Shown here one piece after another: positions 46,203 to 54,954 of a stretch of 64,000 nt of DNA. Made by a program: the position numbers and the translations under genes. The notes beneath the pieces were generated by a model that did not search any database, was not told where the DNA came from, and saw nothing but the letters and a program-made list of their open reading frames with translations. How positions within the stretch are numbered: position 1 is the first letter of the stretch; every line of letters begins with the position of its first letter. Location: positions 1,024 to 65,023 of the forward strand of contig JADGQK010000004.1 of the NCBI GenBank assembly GCA_017881915.1, read 5' to 3'. The DNA is from Chloroflexota bacterium (lineage in GTDB: Bacteria; Chloroflexota; Limnocylindria; Limnocylindrales; CSP1-4).

Positions 46203-46565
46203 GTGCTGATCCGGTATCGCGGCGGAGAAGGGATGCTGGCGTGGGCATTCCATCGGATCTCGGGCGTCGCGATCTGGGTGTTCGTGACCCTCCACATCAT
46301 CGACATCTTCCTGGCCGGCGCAAACCCCGGCGCGTACAACACGGTCCTCCAGGTCTATGCCAGCCCGATCGGCCGGATCGGCGAGACAGTCCTTGGGGCG
46401 GCCCTCCTGTACCACTCGCTCAACGGCCTGCGGATCATCATCATGGACTTCTGGCCAGTCTTCACCCGCTACCACCGCCAGCTGTGGTACCTGAACTGGG
46501 CCCTGTTCACGATCGTTGGCCTGCCGGTGGCCTTCATCATCCTCAAGCCGATCTTCGGGCAGTAG
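46203..46565 (+). CDS. sdhC: succinate dehydrogenase cytochrome b subunit
   Basis: Three TM helices with conserved His (FHRISGV). First gene of the sdhCDAB order. GGGAG RBS before GTG 46203. Confidence 0.8.
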   Translation: MLIRYRGGEGMLAWAFHRISGVAIWVFVTLHIIDIFLAGANPGAYNTVLQVYASPIGRIGETVLGAALLYHSLNGLRIIIMDFWPVFTRYHRQLWYLNWALFTIVGLPVAFIILKPIFGQ

Positions 46566-46577
46566 GGAGGGCTCGGA

Positions 46578-46970
46578 ATGACCCAGCGCTACTCTCGCTC
46601 GGGCAGCATCCGGCCGACCCGGCAGGGCTCCGAGCGCACGATCTGGTACCTGATGCGGGTGACCGGCCTGGCCCTCTTCGTCCTGTCCCTCAGCCATTTC
46701 CTGATCCTGCATGTCCTGTATGACCCGAAGGACCAGACGGCGGCGTTCATCGCCAACGTCCGCTGGAGCAGCCTGTTCTGGCGGGCGAACGACTGGCTGT
46801 TCCTGATCGTCGTGATCATCCATGCGGTCCTCGGCATCCGGATCGTGGTCGGCGACTACCTCAAGGGCGCTGTCCGCACGGCCGTGATGACGGCGTTCTA
46901 CCTCCTTGGACTCCTCCTGTTCACCTACGGCACGATCGTCGTCGTGACCCTACCCAAGCCAACCGGCTGA
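46578..46970 (+). CDS. sdhD: succinate dehydrogenase hydrophobic membrane anchor subunit
   Basis: 130-aa three-TM protein between sdhC and sdhA. Confidence 0.7.
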   Translation: MTQRYSRSGSIRPTRQGSERTIWYLMRVTGLALFVLSLSHFLILHVLYDPKDQTAAFIANVRWSSLFWRANDWLFLIVVIIHAVLGIRIVVGDYLKGAVRTAVMTAFYLLGLLLFTYGTIVVVTLPKPTG

Positions 46971-46979
46971 GGGCGACCG

Positions 46980-48725
46980 ATGGACCAGGACTTCGATGCG
47001 CTGATCGTGGGTGCCGGCGGCGCCGGCCTCTGGGCGGCCCTGGAGCTGGCCCAGGCGGGGGTGCCGACTGCCGTCCTCACGAAGCTGTACCCAACCCGCT
47101 CCCATACCGGGGCCGCCCAGGGCGGGGTGTGTGCCGCCCTCGGCAACTACGAGGAGGACCACTGGGAGTGGCACATGTTCGATACGGTCAAGGGCGGTGA
47201 CTACCTGACCGACCAGGATGCGGCCGAGGTCCTGGCTCGCGAGGCGATCGAGACGGTGATCGAGCTCGAGCACATGGGCCTGCCGTTCAATCGGACACCA
47301 GAGGGCAAGATCGACCAGCGTCGCTTCGGTGGCCACACCCGGAACTTCGGGGAAGGACCCGTCCGCCGGGCGTGCTTCGCCGCGGATCGGACCGGGCACA
47401 TGATCCTGCAGACGCTCTACCAGCAGTGCATCAAGGCCGGGGTGCAGTTCTTCGACGAATACCAGGTCGTCGACCTCCTCTTCGACGGCGGCGAGGTCGG
47501 GGCCGGCGGTCGGGCCGCAGGAGTGGTCGCCTATCGCATCGCCGACGGCGAGCTCCACGCGTTCCGCGCCAAGGTCGTCCTGCTGGCGACCGGTGGGTTC
47601 GGCCGGATGTTCCGGATCACCTCGAATGCCTGGTCACTGACCGGCGACGGAGTTGCGCTGGCCTATCGCCACGGGGTGCCGCTCCAGGACATGGAGTTCT
47701 TCCAGTTCCATCCGACCGGCATCGTTGGCCTCGGGATCCTGCTGTCGGAGGCGGCCCGGGGAGAGGGTGGCTACCTTCGCAACGACTCCGGCGAGCGGTT
47801 CATGGCCCGCTACGCCCCAAATCTGATGGAACTCGGCCCGCGCGACCTGGTCAGCCGAGCGATCTACCAGGAGGTCCGGGCCGGACGGGGGATCGGCGGC
47901 AAGGACTACGTCTACCTGGACATCACCCACCTCGGCCGGAAGATGATCGAGGAGAAGCTGCCCGACATCGCCGATTTCGTCCGGACCTACCAGGGCATCG
48001 AGCCGATCACCGAGCCGGTGCCGATCCAGCCCACGGCCCACTATGCAATGGGCGGCATCCCGACCGACCTCAACGCCCGGGTCATCCGCGACGCGGACAG
48101 GACGATCGTGGCGGGCCTGTACGCCGCCGGCGAATGCGCCTGCGTCAGCGTGCACGGGGCCAATCGGCTGGGCACCAATTCACTGGTTGACCTGCTCGTC
48201 TTCGGCCGCCGGGCCGGCCGGCAAATGGCTCGTGACGTGCGCGGTCTCGAGCTGCCTGACCTGGATCGCGACGCGATCGAGCCGGTCCGGGCCGAGCTCC
48301 GGGCGATCTCCGAGCGGCCCAGCGGCGAGAGCCCCGCCCGGATCCGGGCCGACCTGGCCGACGTGATGATGGATAACGTGGGCGTGTATCGGACCGAGGA
48401 GCTCCTGGCGGCAGCCCTGCCCCGGGTCCGGGCGCTCCAGGAGCGGTACGGCCGGATCCACATCGACGATAAGGGCACGGTCTTCAATACGGACCTGCTC
48501 GAGGCCCGCGAGGTTGGCTACCTGCTCGACTGTGCCGAGACGACGGTGGTCTCCGCGCTGGCCCGCAAGGAGAGCCGCGGCGCCCACGCCCGCGAGGACT
48601 ATCCCGAGCGTGACGACGTGAACTACCTGAGCCACACACTGGCCTACCAGGCCGAGGGCGGGCCGCGGCTCGCCTACAAGCCGGTCACGATCACCCGTTT
48701 CCAGCCGAAGCCGCGAACCTACTAG
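46980..48725 (+). CDS. sdhA: succinate dehydrogenase flavoprotein subunit
   Basis: FAD motif DALIVGAGGAGL, covalent-FAD His region RSHTGAAQGG and HPTG motif. Confidence 0.95.
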   Translation: MDQDFDALIVGAGGAGLWAALELAQAGVPTAVLTKLYPTRSHTGAAQGGVCAALGNYEEDHWEWHMFDTVKGGDYLTDQDAAEVLAREAIETVIELEHMGLPFNRTPEGKIDQRRFGGHTRNFGEGPVRRACFAADRTGHMILQTLYQQCIKAGVQFFDEYQVVDLLFDGGEVGAGGRAAGVVAYRIADGELHAFRAKVVLLATGGFGRMFRITSNAWSLTGDGVALAYRHGVPLQDMEFFQFHPTGIVGLGILLSEAARGEGGYLRNDSGERFMARYAPNLMELGPRDLVSRAIYQEVRAGRGIGGKDYVYLDITHLGRKMIEEKLPDIADFVRTYQGIEPITEPVPIQPTAHYAMGGIPTDLNARVIRDADRTIVAGLYAAGECACVSVHGANRLGTNSLVDLLVFGRRAGRQMARDVRGLELPDLDRDAIEPVRAELRAISERPSGESPARIRADLADVMMDNVGVYRTEELLAAALPRVRALQERYGRIHIDDKGTVFNTDLLEAREVGYLLDCAETTVVSALARKESRGAHAREDYPERDDVNYLSHTLAYQAEGGPRLAYKPVTITRFQPKPRTY

Positions 48726-48739
48726 CTTGAGCGCCCACG

Positions 48740-49441
48740 ATGCAGGTTGATCTGCGGATCCTTCGTTACGACCCCGAGCGCGACGCCGGACCGCACTGGG
48801 TGTCGTACTCGGTCGAGGCCGAGCCAACGGACCGTGTCCTCGACCTGCTCCACCGGGTGAAATACGAGGTCGACGGCGCGCTGACGTTCCGCCGGTCGTG
48901 TGGCCATGGCGTGTGCGGCTCGGACGCGATGCTGATCAATGGTCGCAACCGGCTGGCCTGCAGGATCCGGGTCGAGCAGCTCGGCCGACGCAGGATCAGC
49001 GTGGCGCCGTTGCCTGGCCTGCCGGTGATCAAGGACCTGGTCGTCGACATGGACGGCTTCTTCGCCAAGTACCGCAGCGTCCAGCCGTTCCTGATCACCG
49101 ACGGGCCGCCGCCCAGCCGCGAGCGGCGCCAGTCGCCGGAGGAGCGGGCCCGCTACGACGACACGACAAAATGCATCCTGTGCGCCGCCTGCACATCGTC
49201 CTGCCCGTCGTTCTGGGCCCAGCCGGACTACGTTGGTCCGGCCGCGATCGTCCAGGCCCATCGCTTCATCTTCGACTCGCGTGATGAGGGAGCCGACGAG
49301 CGCCTCGAGATCCTGGCCGACCAGGATGGCGTGTGGCGCTGCCGCACGATCTTCAACTGCACCGACGCCTGCCCGCGCGGGATCGAGATCACCCGGGCGA
49401 TCCTCGAAGTATCGGCCGCGATCGTCGAGCGTCACGGCTGA
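48740..49441 (+). CDS. sdhB: succinate dehydrogenase iron-sulfur subunit
   Basis: Cys clusters CGHGVCGSD, CILCAACTSSCP and CRTIFNCTDACP. Confidence 0.95.
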   Translation: MQVDLRILRYDPERDAGPHWVSYSVEAEPTDRVLDLLHRVKYEVDGALTFRRSCGHGVCGSDAMLINGRNRLACRIRVEQLGRRRISVAPLPGLPVIKDLVVDMDGFFAKYRSVQPFLITDGPPPSRERRQSPEERARYDDTTKCILCAACTSSCPSFWAQPDYVGPAAIVQAHRFIFDSRDEGADERLEILADQDGVWRCRTIFNCTDACPRGIEITRAILEVSAAIVERHG

Positions 49442-49497
49442 GCGGTTTCTTCGATCCAGCCGAAGGCGGCGGTGATTCGACGGGCCTGCGCCTGATC

Positions 49498-49953
49498 GTG
49501 CGCACCGATGGCGCCGCCAAGGGCAATCCTGGCCCGGCCTCGTCGGGGGCCGTCCTGATCGATGCGTCAAAGCCCGGCTCGCGCGATCCGCTGGCTCGAC
49601 CATTGGCCACGATCAGCGAGTACCTCGGGGTACGCACGAACAACGTCGCCGAGTACGTCGGCGTCGTCCGGGCGCTCGCCCTTGCCCTCGAGCTCGGTGC
49701 AACCGAAGTGGACCTGCTCCTCGATTCGAAGTTGATCGTGGAGCAGGTGAACGGGCGCTGGCGGGTCAAGGACCTGAAGATCGCGCCGCTCCACGCCGAA
49801 GTGAAGGCATCCCTGGTGCGGTTTCGGCGGTGGACCGCCAATCACGTGCCACGGGCCCAGAATTCGGCCGCCGATGCGCTGGCCAACGAGGCGATCGACC
49901 GGGTCCGGGCCGGGGGTCCCCCGGTCGTGGTCCGCAGACTCGACCGGATCTAG
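49498..49953 (+). CDS. rnhA: ribonuclease HI family protein
   Basis: RTDGAAKGNPGPASSGAV, NNVAEY and the DSKLIVEQV...NSAADALAN catalytic pattern. There is no ATG in frame. GTG 49498 is chosen; CTG 49486 or 49492 are possible. Confidence 0.8.
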   Translation: MRTDGAAKGNPGPASSGAVLIDASKPGSRDPLARPLATISEYLGVRTNNVAEYVGVVRALALALELGATEVDLLLDSKLIVEQVNGRWRVKDLKIAPLHAEVKASLVRFRRWTANHVPRAQNSAADALANEAIDRVRAGGPPVVVRRLDRI

Positions 49954-50070
49954 TCACTCGCCGTGTCTCCAAGAGGCAGCTGAGCAGGCCGGTCACGGCC
50001 GCGAGGGTCGCCGATCCGGTGAATCGGTTGGTCGCCAGCGTCAGGCGCCCCATCTTCCGCGGTAGGATAC

Positions 50071-50437
50071 CGGGGCCAGCGAGGCGTCCGGATGGTCGCG
50101 CGGCGGGTCCTCCGGGATCCGTCTCGAGGAAAGTCCGAGCTCTTCAGCGCAGGGTAGCGGGTAACGCCCGCCCGCCGTGAGGCGAGGACCAGTGCCACAG
50201 AGACGAGTCCGGCCGCTTCGGCGGCCGGGGTGAAACGCGGCAAACTCTACCCGGAGCAAGGCCAAATAGGAGGGCGCAACCCGTTGTCGGGCAACCGGCG
50301 CGGGGGAGAGGTGCGCTGCCCAGCCCTCGGGTCGGCCGCATGAACCGTCGGGCAACCGGCGGTCGAGATGGATGACCGTCCCCGCGAGCGATCGCGGGAC
50401 AGAACTCGGCTTACAGGGTGCCTCGCTGGCGCCCCTG
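50071..50437 (+). ncRNA. rnpB: RNase P RNA, bacterial type A
   Basis: Universal P4 halves GAGGAAAGTCCGAGC (from 50126) and ACAGAACTCGGCTTA (about 50399-50413). P1 pairing CCAGCGAGGC (50076-50085) with GCCTCGCTGG (50420-50429). The ends are approximate. Confidence 0.9.
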
Positions 50438-50450
50438 CCCAACCCCGTGA

Positions 50451-50705
50451 TCAGTCTTCGTCGGGCCGGAAGATGTGCGCCGCAGAACAGGCATTGCAGA
50501 CCGGCGTAGCGGACTCCAGGTCGCCCAACGGGATCGGCACCTTGCGCTCGGGAAAGAGGCACTCGACCTCGTAGATCCGCTCGTCATCGGCGGTCACGGC
50601 GATCAGCCGGCGGTACGTGCAGCGGCGGATCCGGGCCTTGGCCAGGTGCGACGTCTCGGATGCGCCCTCGGCCTCGAGCGGCGCCATGGGCAGCTGAATC
50701 GCCAT
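50451..50705 (-). CDS. small Cys-containing hypothetical protein (84 aa)
   Basis: ATG 50705 with GAGGGACGG upstream and G/C-rich third positions. Four Cys residues, including CNAC near the C-terminus. The ORF-track extension to 50906 runs through the mraZ promoter. Confidence 0.5.
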   Translation of the reverse strand: MAIQLPMAPLEAEGASETSHLAKARIRRCTYRRLIAVTADDERIYEVECLFPERKVPIPLGDLESATPVCNACSAAHIFRPDED

Positions 50706-50850
50706 CTGACTGTGCCGTCCCTCGTCATGCGTGCGCTCCGGCCGGCCGTTCGGCCCGCCTGGAGTTGACCCTAGCACCGCCTCGCTCCGGCCTTCAACGA
50801 GCGGAAAGTACTGCCTTCGCGCCCTCACCCGGTTTGAGCCTGTTCCTGGA

Positions 50851-50878
50851 TTGACGGATGCTCGTTGAGCGCTATAGT
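50851..50878 (+). promoter_or_regulatory. dcw cluster promoter (Pmra): TTGACG-N16-TATAGT
   Basis: -35 at 50851-50856 and -10 at 50873-50878, about 150 nt upstream of mraZ. Confidence 0.6.
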
Positions 50879-50883
50879 AGCGC

Positions 50884-50913
50884 GAAGTGGCACGAAGTGG
50901 CACCAAGTGGGGA
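50884..50913 (+). promoter_or_regulatory. three tandem 10-bp repeats with GTGG core; candidate MraZ operator
   Basis: GAAGTGGCAC (50884-50893), GAAGTGGCAC (50894-50903) and CAAGTGGGGA (50904-50913), immediately downstream of the -10 element. Confidence 0.6.
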
Positions 50914-51026
50914 ACAGTCCCAATATCCGGGACGACGCCTCGCGAGCGCCACCGACGAGTAGCCGATCCGGCGTCCGCGGCATCGCCCGCTCATCTCCAA
51001 GCGCAGACGACAGGGAAACCCGAACG

Positions 51027-51455
51027 GTGTTCACCGGCGAGTACCGGCACTCGGTGGACGACAAGGGACGAGTCGCGGTCCCCGCGAAGTTCCGCGTCCA
51101 GCTCGACGGCGGCGCATACGTTGCCCGCTGGCTCGACGCATGCCTGGCGATCTTCCCCAAATCGGCCTGGGAGGAGCTTGCCGGCAAGGTCGGCGGCCTG
51201 CCGATCGGCGACGCCAACGCCCGCACCTTCAGCCGGGCCCTGTTCGCCAGCGCCTACGAGGTCGAGCCCGATCGGCAGGGCCGAATCGTCCTGCCGGCGA
51301 CCCTGCGTGAGGCAGCCGGGCTGGGTGGCGACGCCGTTGTCGTGGGCGCCCGTGATCACGCCGAGATCTGGGCCCCGGACCGCTGGGATGAATACCGCCG
51401 GGCGATGGACGCTCCGGACGCCATGGCCGAACACCTCAGCGGGCTGGGGATCTGA
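51027..51455 (+). CDS. mraZ: transcriptional regulator MraZ
   Basis: Duplicated SpoVT-AbrB halves with DDKGRVAVPAKFR and DRQGRIVLPATLR. GTG 51027 (VFTGEY) matches the conserved N-terminus. Confidence 0.9.
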   Translation: MFTGEYRHSVDDKGRVAVPAKFRVQLDGGAYVARWLDACLAIFPKSAWEELAGKVGGLPIGDANARTFSRALFASAYEVEPDRQGRIVLPATLREAAGLGGDAVVVGARDHAEIWAPDRWDEYRRAMDAPDAMAEHLSGLGI

Positions 51456-51522
51456 GGCCCGCCGAGGGCACCACACGCGCTTCCAGGGTCCGTTTGGATC
51501 CGTCAGTCGAGTCGGAGGAGAG

Positions 51523-52470
51523 ATGGAGGATGGGCATCTGCCGGTCCTGGTGGAAGAGGTCATGACGATGCTCGCCCCTGCGGCCGGCAGCCTCCAGATC
51601 GACGCGACGCTCGGCGGCGGTGGGCACACCGAGCGGATCCTGGAAGCGTCGTCACCCGACGGCCGGCTGCTCGGCCTCGATGCTGACCCGGCCGCCATCG
51701 CCCGGGTGCGAGCTCGGCTTGGCCCGCGCTTCGGAGACCGGCTGGTCCTGTGCCGGGCGAACTTCCGCGAACTCGCTGGCGTCGCCCCGGCCAACGACTT
51801 CGGGGCGGTCGACGGCCTCCTGTTCGACCTTGGGCTGTCCGGCTTCCAGCTGGCCGACCGCGAGCGCGGCTTCGGGATCCGGACCGGCGGCCCACTTGAT
51901 ATGCGTTTCGACCCCAGCCAGGGGGTCGCCGCCGCGGAGCTCCTGGCCAGCCTCGACGCCACCGAGCTGACCGCCCTCTTGAGGCGCTTCGGCGAGGAGC
52001 CGCGGGCCCCCCGGATCGCCCGGGCGATCGTCGCTGCCCGGCAGACGTCGCCGATCACGACCGCCGAGGAGCTGGCCGAGCTGATCGTCCGGGTTGCTCC
52101 GGCCGGTATTCCCGGGCGGCGCCGGATCCATCCCGCGACCCGAGTCTTCCAGGCCCTTCGGATCGCCGTCAACTCGGAGCTCGACGCCCTCGACGAGGCG
52201 CTCGCCGCGGCCGTCGACCTGCTCAGGCCGGGCGGCCGGCTCGTCGTCCTTAGTTACCACTCGCTCGAGGACCGGATCGTCAAGCGCTTCTTCCAGGCCG
52301 AGCGGCGTGGCTGCGTCTGTCCGCCCAGTGTTCCCGTCTGCATCTGCGGACGATCGCCCCGGCTGCGCCTCGTGACCCACCCGTCGCTCACCCCGACGGC
52401 CGCCGAGATCGCCCATAACCCACGCGCCCGGAGTGCCCGCCTGCGGGCCGCCGAGCGACTCGCAGCCTGA
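51523..52470 (+). CDS. rsmH: 16S rRNA (cytosine1402-N4)-methyltransferase
   Basis: HLPVLVEEV...DATLGGGGHT, FDLGLSGFQLAD and LVVLSYHSLEDRIVK. GGAGGAGAG RBS before ATG 51523. Confidence 0.93.
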   Translation: MEDGHLPVLVEEVMTMLAPAAGSLQIDATLGGGGHTERILEASSPDGRLLGLDADPAAIARVRARLGPRFGDRLVLCRANFRELAGVAPANDFGAVDGLLFDLGLSGFQLADRERGFGIRTGGPLDMRFDPSQGVAAAELLASLDATELTALLRRFGEEPRAPRIARAIVAARQTSPITTAEELAELIVRVAPAGIPGRRRIHPATRVFQALRIAVNSELDALDEALAAAVDLLRPGGRLVVLSYHSLEDRIVKRFFQAERRGCVCPPSVPVCICGRSPRLRLVTHPSLTPTAAEIAHNPRARSARLRAAERLAA

Positions 52471-52494
52471 TCGTCAGCCGGAGGGAGGAGACTC

Positions 52495-52692
52495 ATGAGC
52501 AAGCACCACCAGTCGCATCGCCGGCGCTCGTACGGCCGGCGTCAGCACGAGCTCCACGAGCGCCAGGTTGAGTCGCGCGATCCGCACCGGGTCGACGGCG
52601 ACGATGCCGGGACGGACGACCGCGGCCAGTCGCCCGTCCGCTTCGAGCTCGACGGGGCGAGCCAGCGGCTGAGCTACTCGGTGGGCGACTGA
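52495..52692 (+). CDS. small His/Arg-rich charged hypothetical protein (65 aa)
   Basis: Strong RBS GGAGGGAGGAG 4 nt upstream of ATG 52495 and G/C-rich third positions. Its TGA overlaps the ftsL ATG (TGATG). Confidence 0.5.
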   Translation: MSKHHQSHRRRSYGRRQHELHERQVESRDPHRVDGDDAGTDDRGQSPVRFELDGASQRLSYSVGD

Positions 52693-53117
52693 TGGCAGTC
52701 CAGGCGGGTCGACTCGGTCGGTCGGGCATTCGCGGGATCTCGAGCGCCGTTGCCCTGCCGCGCTCCGGGCCGGCCGTCCAGCCGCGGCCCCGGACGGACG
52801 CGGCACCGGCGATTGCGCGGCGGCGGGCGCGCACGGCCGTCCGCGCCGGACGCCAGGCGAACCGGGTCGGGATCCTGCTCGGGGCGATCGCGATCATCTT
52901 CGCGCTGGGCTTCTTCTCGCTCGCCCAGACCGTCCAGGTCTCGACCACCGGCGTCGACATCGACCGGCTGACGAACCAGCAGGCGGCCCTCCAGGGGCAG
53001 CGCCAGCAGGTGATCAGCGACCTGAACCGGCTCGGTGGAGCCTCCGCGATCCGCAAGTTCGGGATCGACCTGGGCCTCGACCAGCTCGGCAACCCGCTCA
53101 TCGTCCCGGCCCGGTAG
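52692..53117 (+). CDS. ftsL: cell division protein FtsL-like (single TM plus coiled coil)
   Basis: Position between rsmH and ftsI. Arg/Ala-rich cytoplasmic tail, TM helix VGILLGAIAIIFALGFFSLA, then a Gln/Leu-rich heptad-like region. Confidence 0.55.
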   Translation: MAVQAGRLGRSGIRGISSAVALPRSGPAVQPRPRTDAAPAIARRRARTAVRAGRQANRVGILLGAIAIIFALGFFSLAQTVQVSTTGVDIDRLTNQQAALQGQRQQVISDLNRLGGASAIRKFGIDLGLDQLGNPLIVPAR

Positions 53118-53130
53118 CCCGGATCGATCG

Positions 53131-54954
53131 ATGCTTGGTCGGACCGACTCTCGGCGGCGCCTCCTCGTCGTCCTGCTCGTCTTCGTCGTTACCGGCAGCG
53201 GGCTGGTCGCCCGGCTGGCCTGGTGGCAGGTAGCCCAGCAGCCGATGCTGGCGGCGAGGGCCCAGGACCAGACGCTGACCCAGGTCTCGATCCCGAGCCG
53301 GCGCGGAACGGTCTACGACCGGAGTGGGACGGTGGTCCTGGCGACCACGGTCGACCGGTACATGCTCGAGGCGAACCCGAACCTGCTCGGCCCCGACGCG
53401 GCTGCTCGCACCCGGCTGACCACTGACCTGATCGGGATCCTTGGTCTCGTTCCGGCGGACGCCGCGGTCTTCAGCCAGAAGCTCAACTCCAACCGCCCGT
53501 ACGTCATCCTCGCCCACGACCTCGACCAGGCCACGGCCGATCGGCTGCAGGCTGCGATCACGGCCGAGGGCGCCGGCAACGAGGTGGACCTTGCCACCGA
53601 GGCGGCCCGGGTCGAACCGCAGGTGGGTGGCGCACCCAAGACCTCCCTGGCGGCGCAACTGCTTGGCTTCGTCAACCGCGATGGCGTGGGCCAGTATGGA
53701 ATCGAGCAGTACTACCAGGACACCCTGGCCGGCCGGCCCAAGGTCGTGCTGGCGGCCCGCTCGATCAACGGCCGCGCGCTGATCGATACGGCCCAGGTCA
53801 TCGACCCGGGCGCGCCCGGCCAGGACATCACCCTCACGATCGACGACAGCCTGCAGCTGGGCGTGGAGCAGGAGGTGATGGCCGCAGCCGTGGCCGACAG
53901 CGCGGTGTCCGTCTCGGCCGTCGTCATCGACCCGAAGACCGGGCAGGTCTACGCGGAGGCGAGCTACCCGTCATATGACGCGAACAACTACGCCCAGACG
54001 CCCTCGAGCCGGTTCGTCGACCCGGTGATCAGCGCGACCTACGAGCCGGGTTCCGTGTTCAAGATGCTCACTGCCCTGGCCGCTCTGCAGCAGGGCACGA
54101 TCACCCCGACCAGCATCGTCAACGATTCGGGCTCGTTGTCGCTCGACCACGGCGCGGCCCGGATCTACGACTCGGACAAGCGGCCGATGGGCAGGATCAC
54201 GTTCGAGAAGGTCCTGGCGTTCTCGCGCAACGTCGGCGCGGCCCGGGTTGCCCTTGGCCTGGCTTCGACCACGAACCGCGCGGCCTCGATCCTGAAGGCG
54301 ACCTGGGACAAGCTAGGGATCGGCCGGCCGACCGGGATCGACCTGGCCGGCGAGGCGCGGGGTACCGTCCACGACCCGGCGATCCAGCCGTGGCACCAGG
54401 TGGACGTGGCCAACGGTGCCTTTGGGCAGGGGGTCGCCGTCACAGTGATCCAGCTGGCAACGGCCTACGCGGCGATGGTCAACGGCGGCACCCTGGTCAC
54501 GCCCCATGTCGTGGCGGCGATCGGCAACCAACCGGTCGCGCCGACGCCCGGCGCCCAGGTGATCTCGCCGACGATCGCCGCGACCCTGACCAACCTGATG
54601 TCGTACGTCATCCATACGGTCCCCTGGTACGCGGCCAAGACACTGGTCAAGGGCTATGTGATCGGCGGCAAGACCGGCACGGCCCAGATCTGGGATCAGC
54701 GCCAGAACCACGGCCATGGCGGCTGGATGCCCAATCGGTTCAACAACACGTTCGTTGGCTACATCGGCCGGAATGCCCCGGACCTCGTGATCGCGGTCGA
54801 GATCCACGAGGGCAAGCCGCTCGTGATCAAGCAGGGCGACCTGCCCCTCGCCGTCGAATCCTACGAGCTGTTCCGACGTATCGCGACCGACGCGATGACG
54901 ACGCTCGACCTCCACCCGACCGGGTCGGGGACCCCGACCAGTCAGAACCCGTGA
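53131..54954 (+). CDS. ftsI: penicillin-binding protein (FtsI-type class B transpeptidase)
   Basis: N-terminal TM anchor, SxxK (GSVFK), SxN (SRN) and KTG (GKTGTA) motifs. ATG 53131. Confidence 0.9.
   Translation: MLGRTDSRRRLLVVLLVFVVTGSGLVARLAWWQVAQQPMLAARAQDQTLTQVSIPSRRGTVYDRSGTVVLATTVDRYMLEANPNLLGPDAAARTRLTTDLIGILGLVPADAAVFSQKLNSNRPYVILAHDLDQATADRLQAAITAEGAGNEVDLATEAARVEPQVGGAPKTSLAAQLLGFVNRDGVGQYGIEQYYQDTLAGRPKVVLAARSINGRALIDTAQVIDPGAPGQDITLTIDDSLQLGVEQEVMAAAVADSAVSVSAVVIDPKTGQVYAEASYPSYDANNYAQTPSSRFVDPVISATYEPGSVFKMLTALAALQQGTITPTSIVNDSGSLSLDHGAARIYDSDKRPMGRITFEKVLAFSRNVGAARVALGLASTTNRAASILKATWDKLGIGRPTGIDLAGEARGTVHDPAIQPWHQVDVANGAFGQGVAVTVIQLATAYAAMVNGGTLVTPHVVAAIGNQPVAPTPGAQVISPTIAATLTNLMSYVIHTVPWYAAKTLVKGYVIGGKTGTAQIWDQRQNHGHGGWMPNRFNNTFVGYIGRNAPDLVIAVEIHEGKPLVIKQGDLPLAVESYELFRRIATDAMTTLDLHPTGSGTPTSQNP

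Noticed and set aside
45162-46823. 553-aa ORF antisense to sucC and sdhCD
   Set aside because: The translation is extremely Arg/Pro/Gly-rich and crosses an intergenic promoter region. It is a shadow ORF of real genes.
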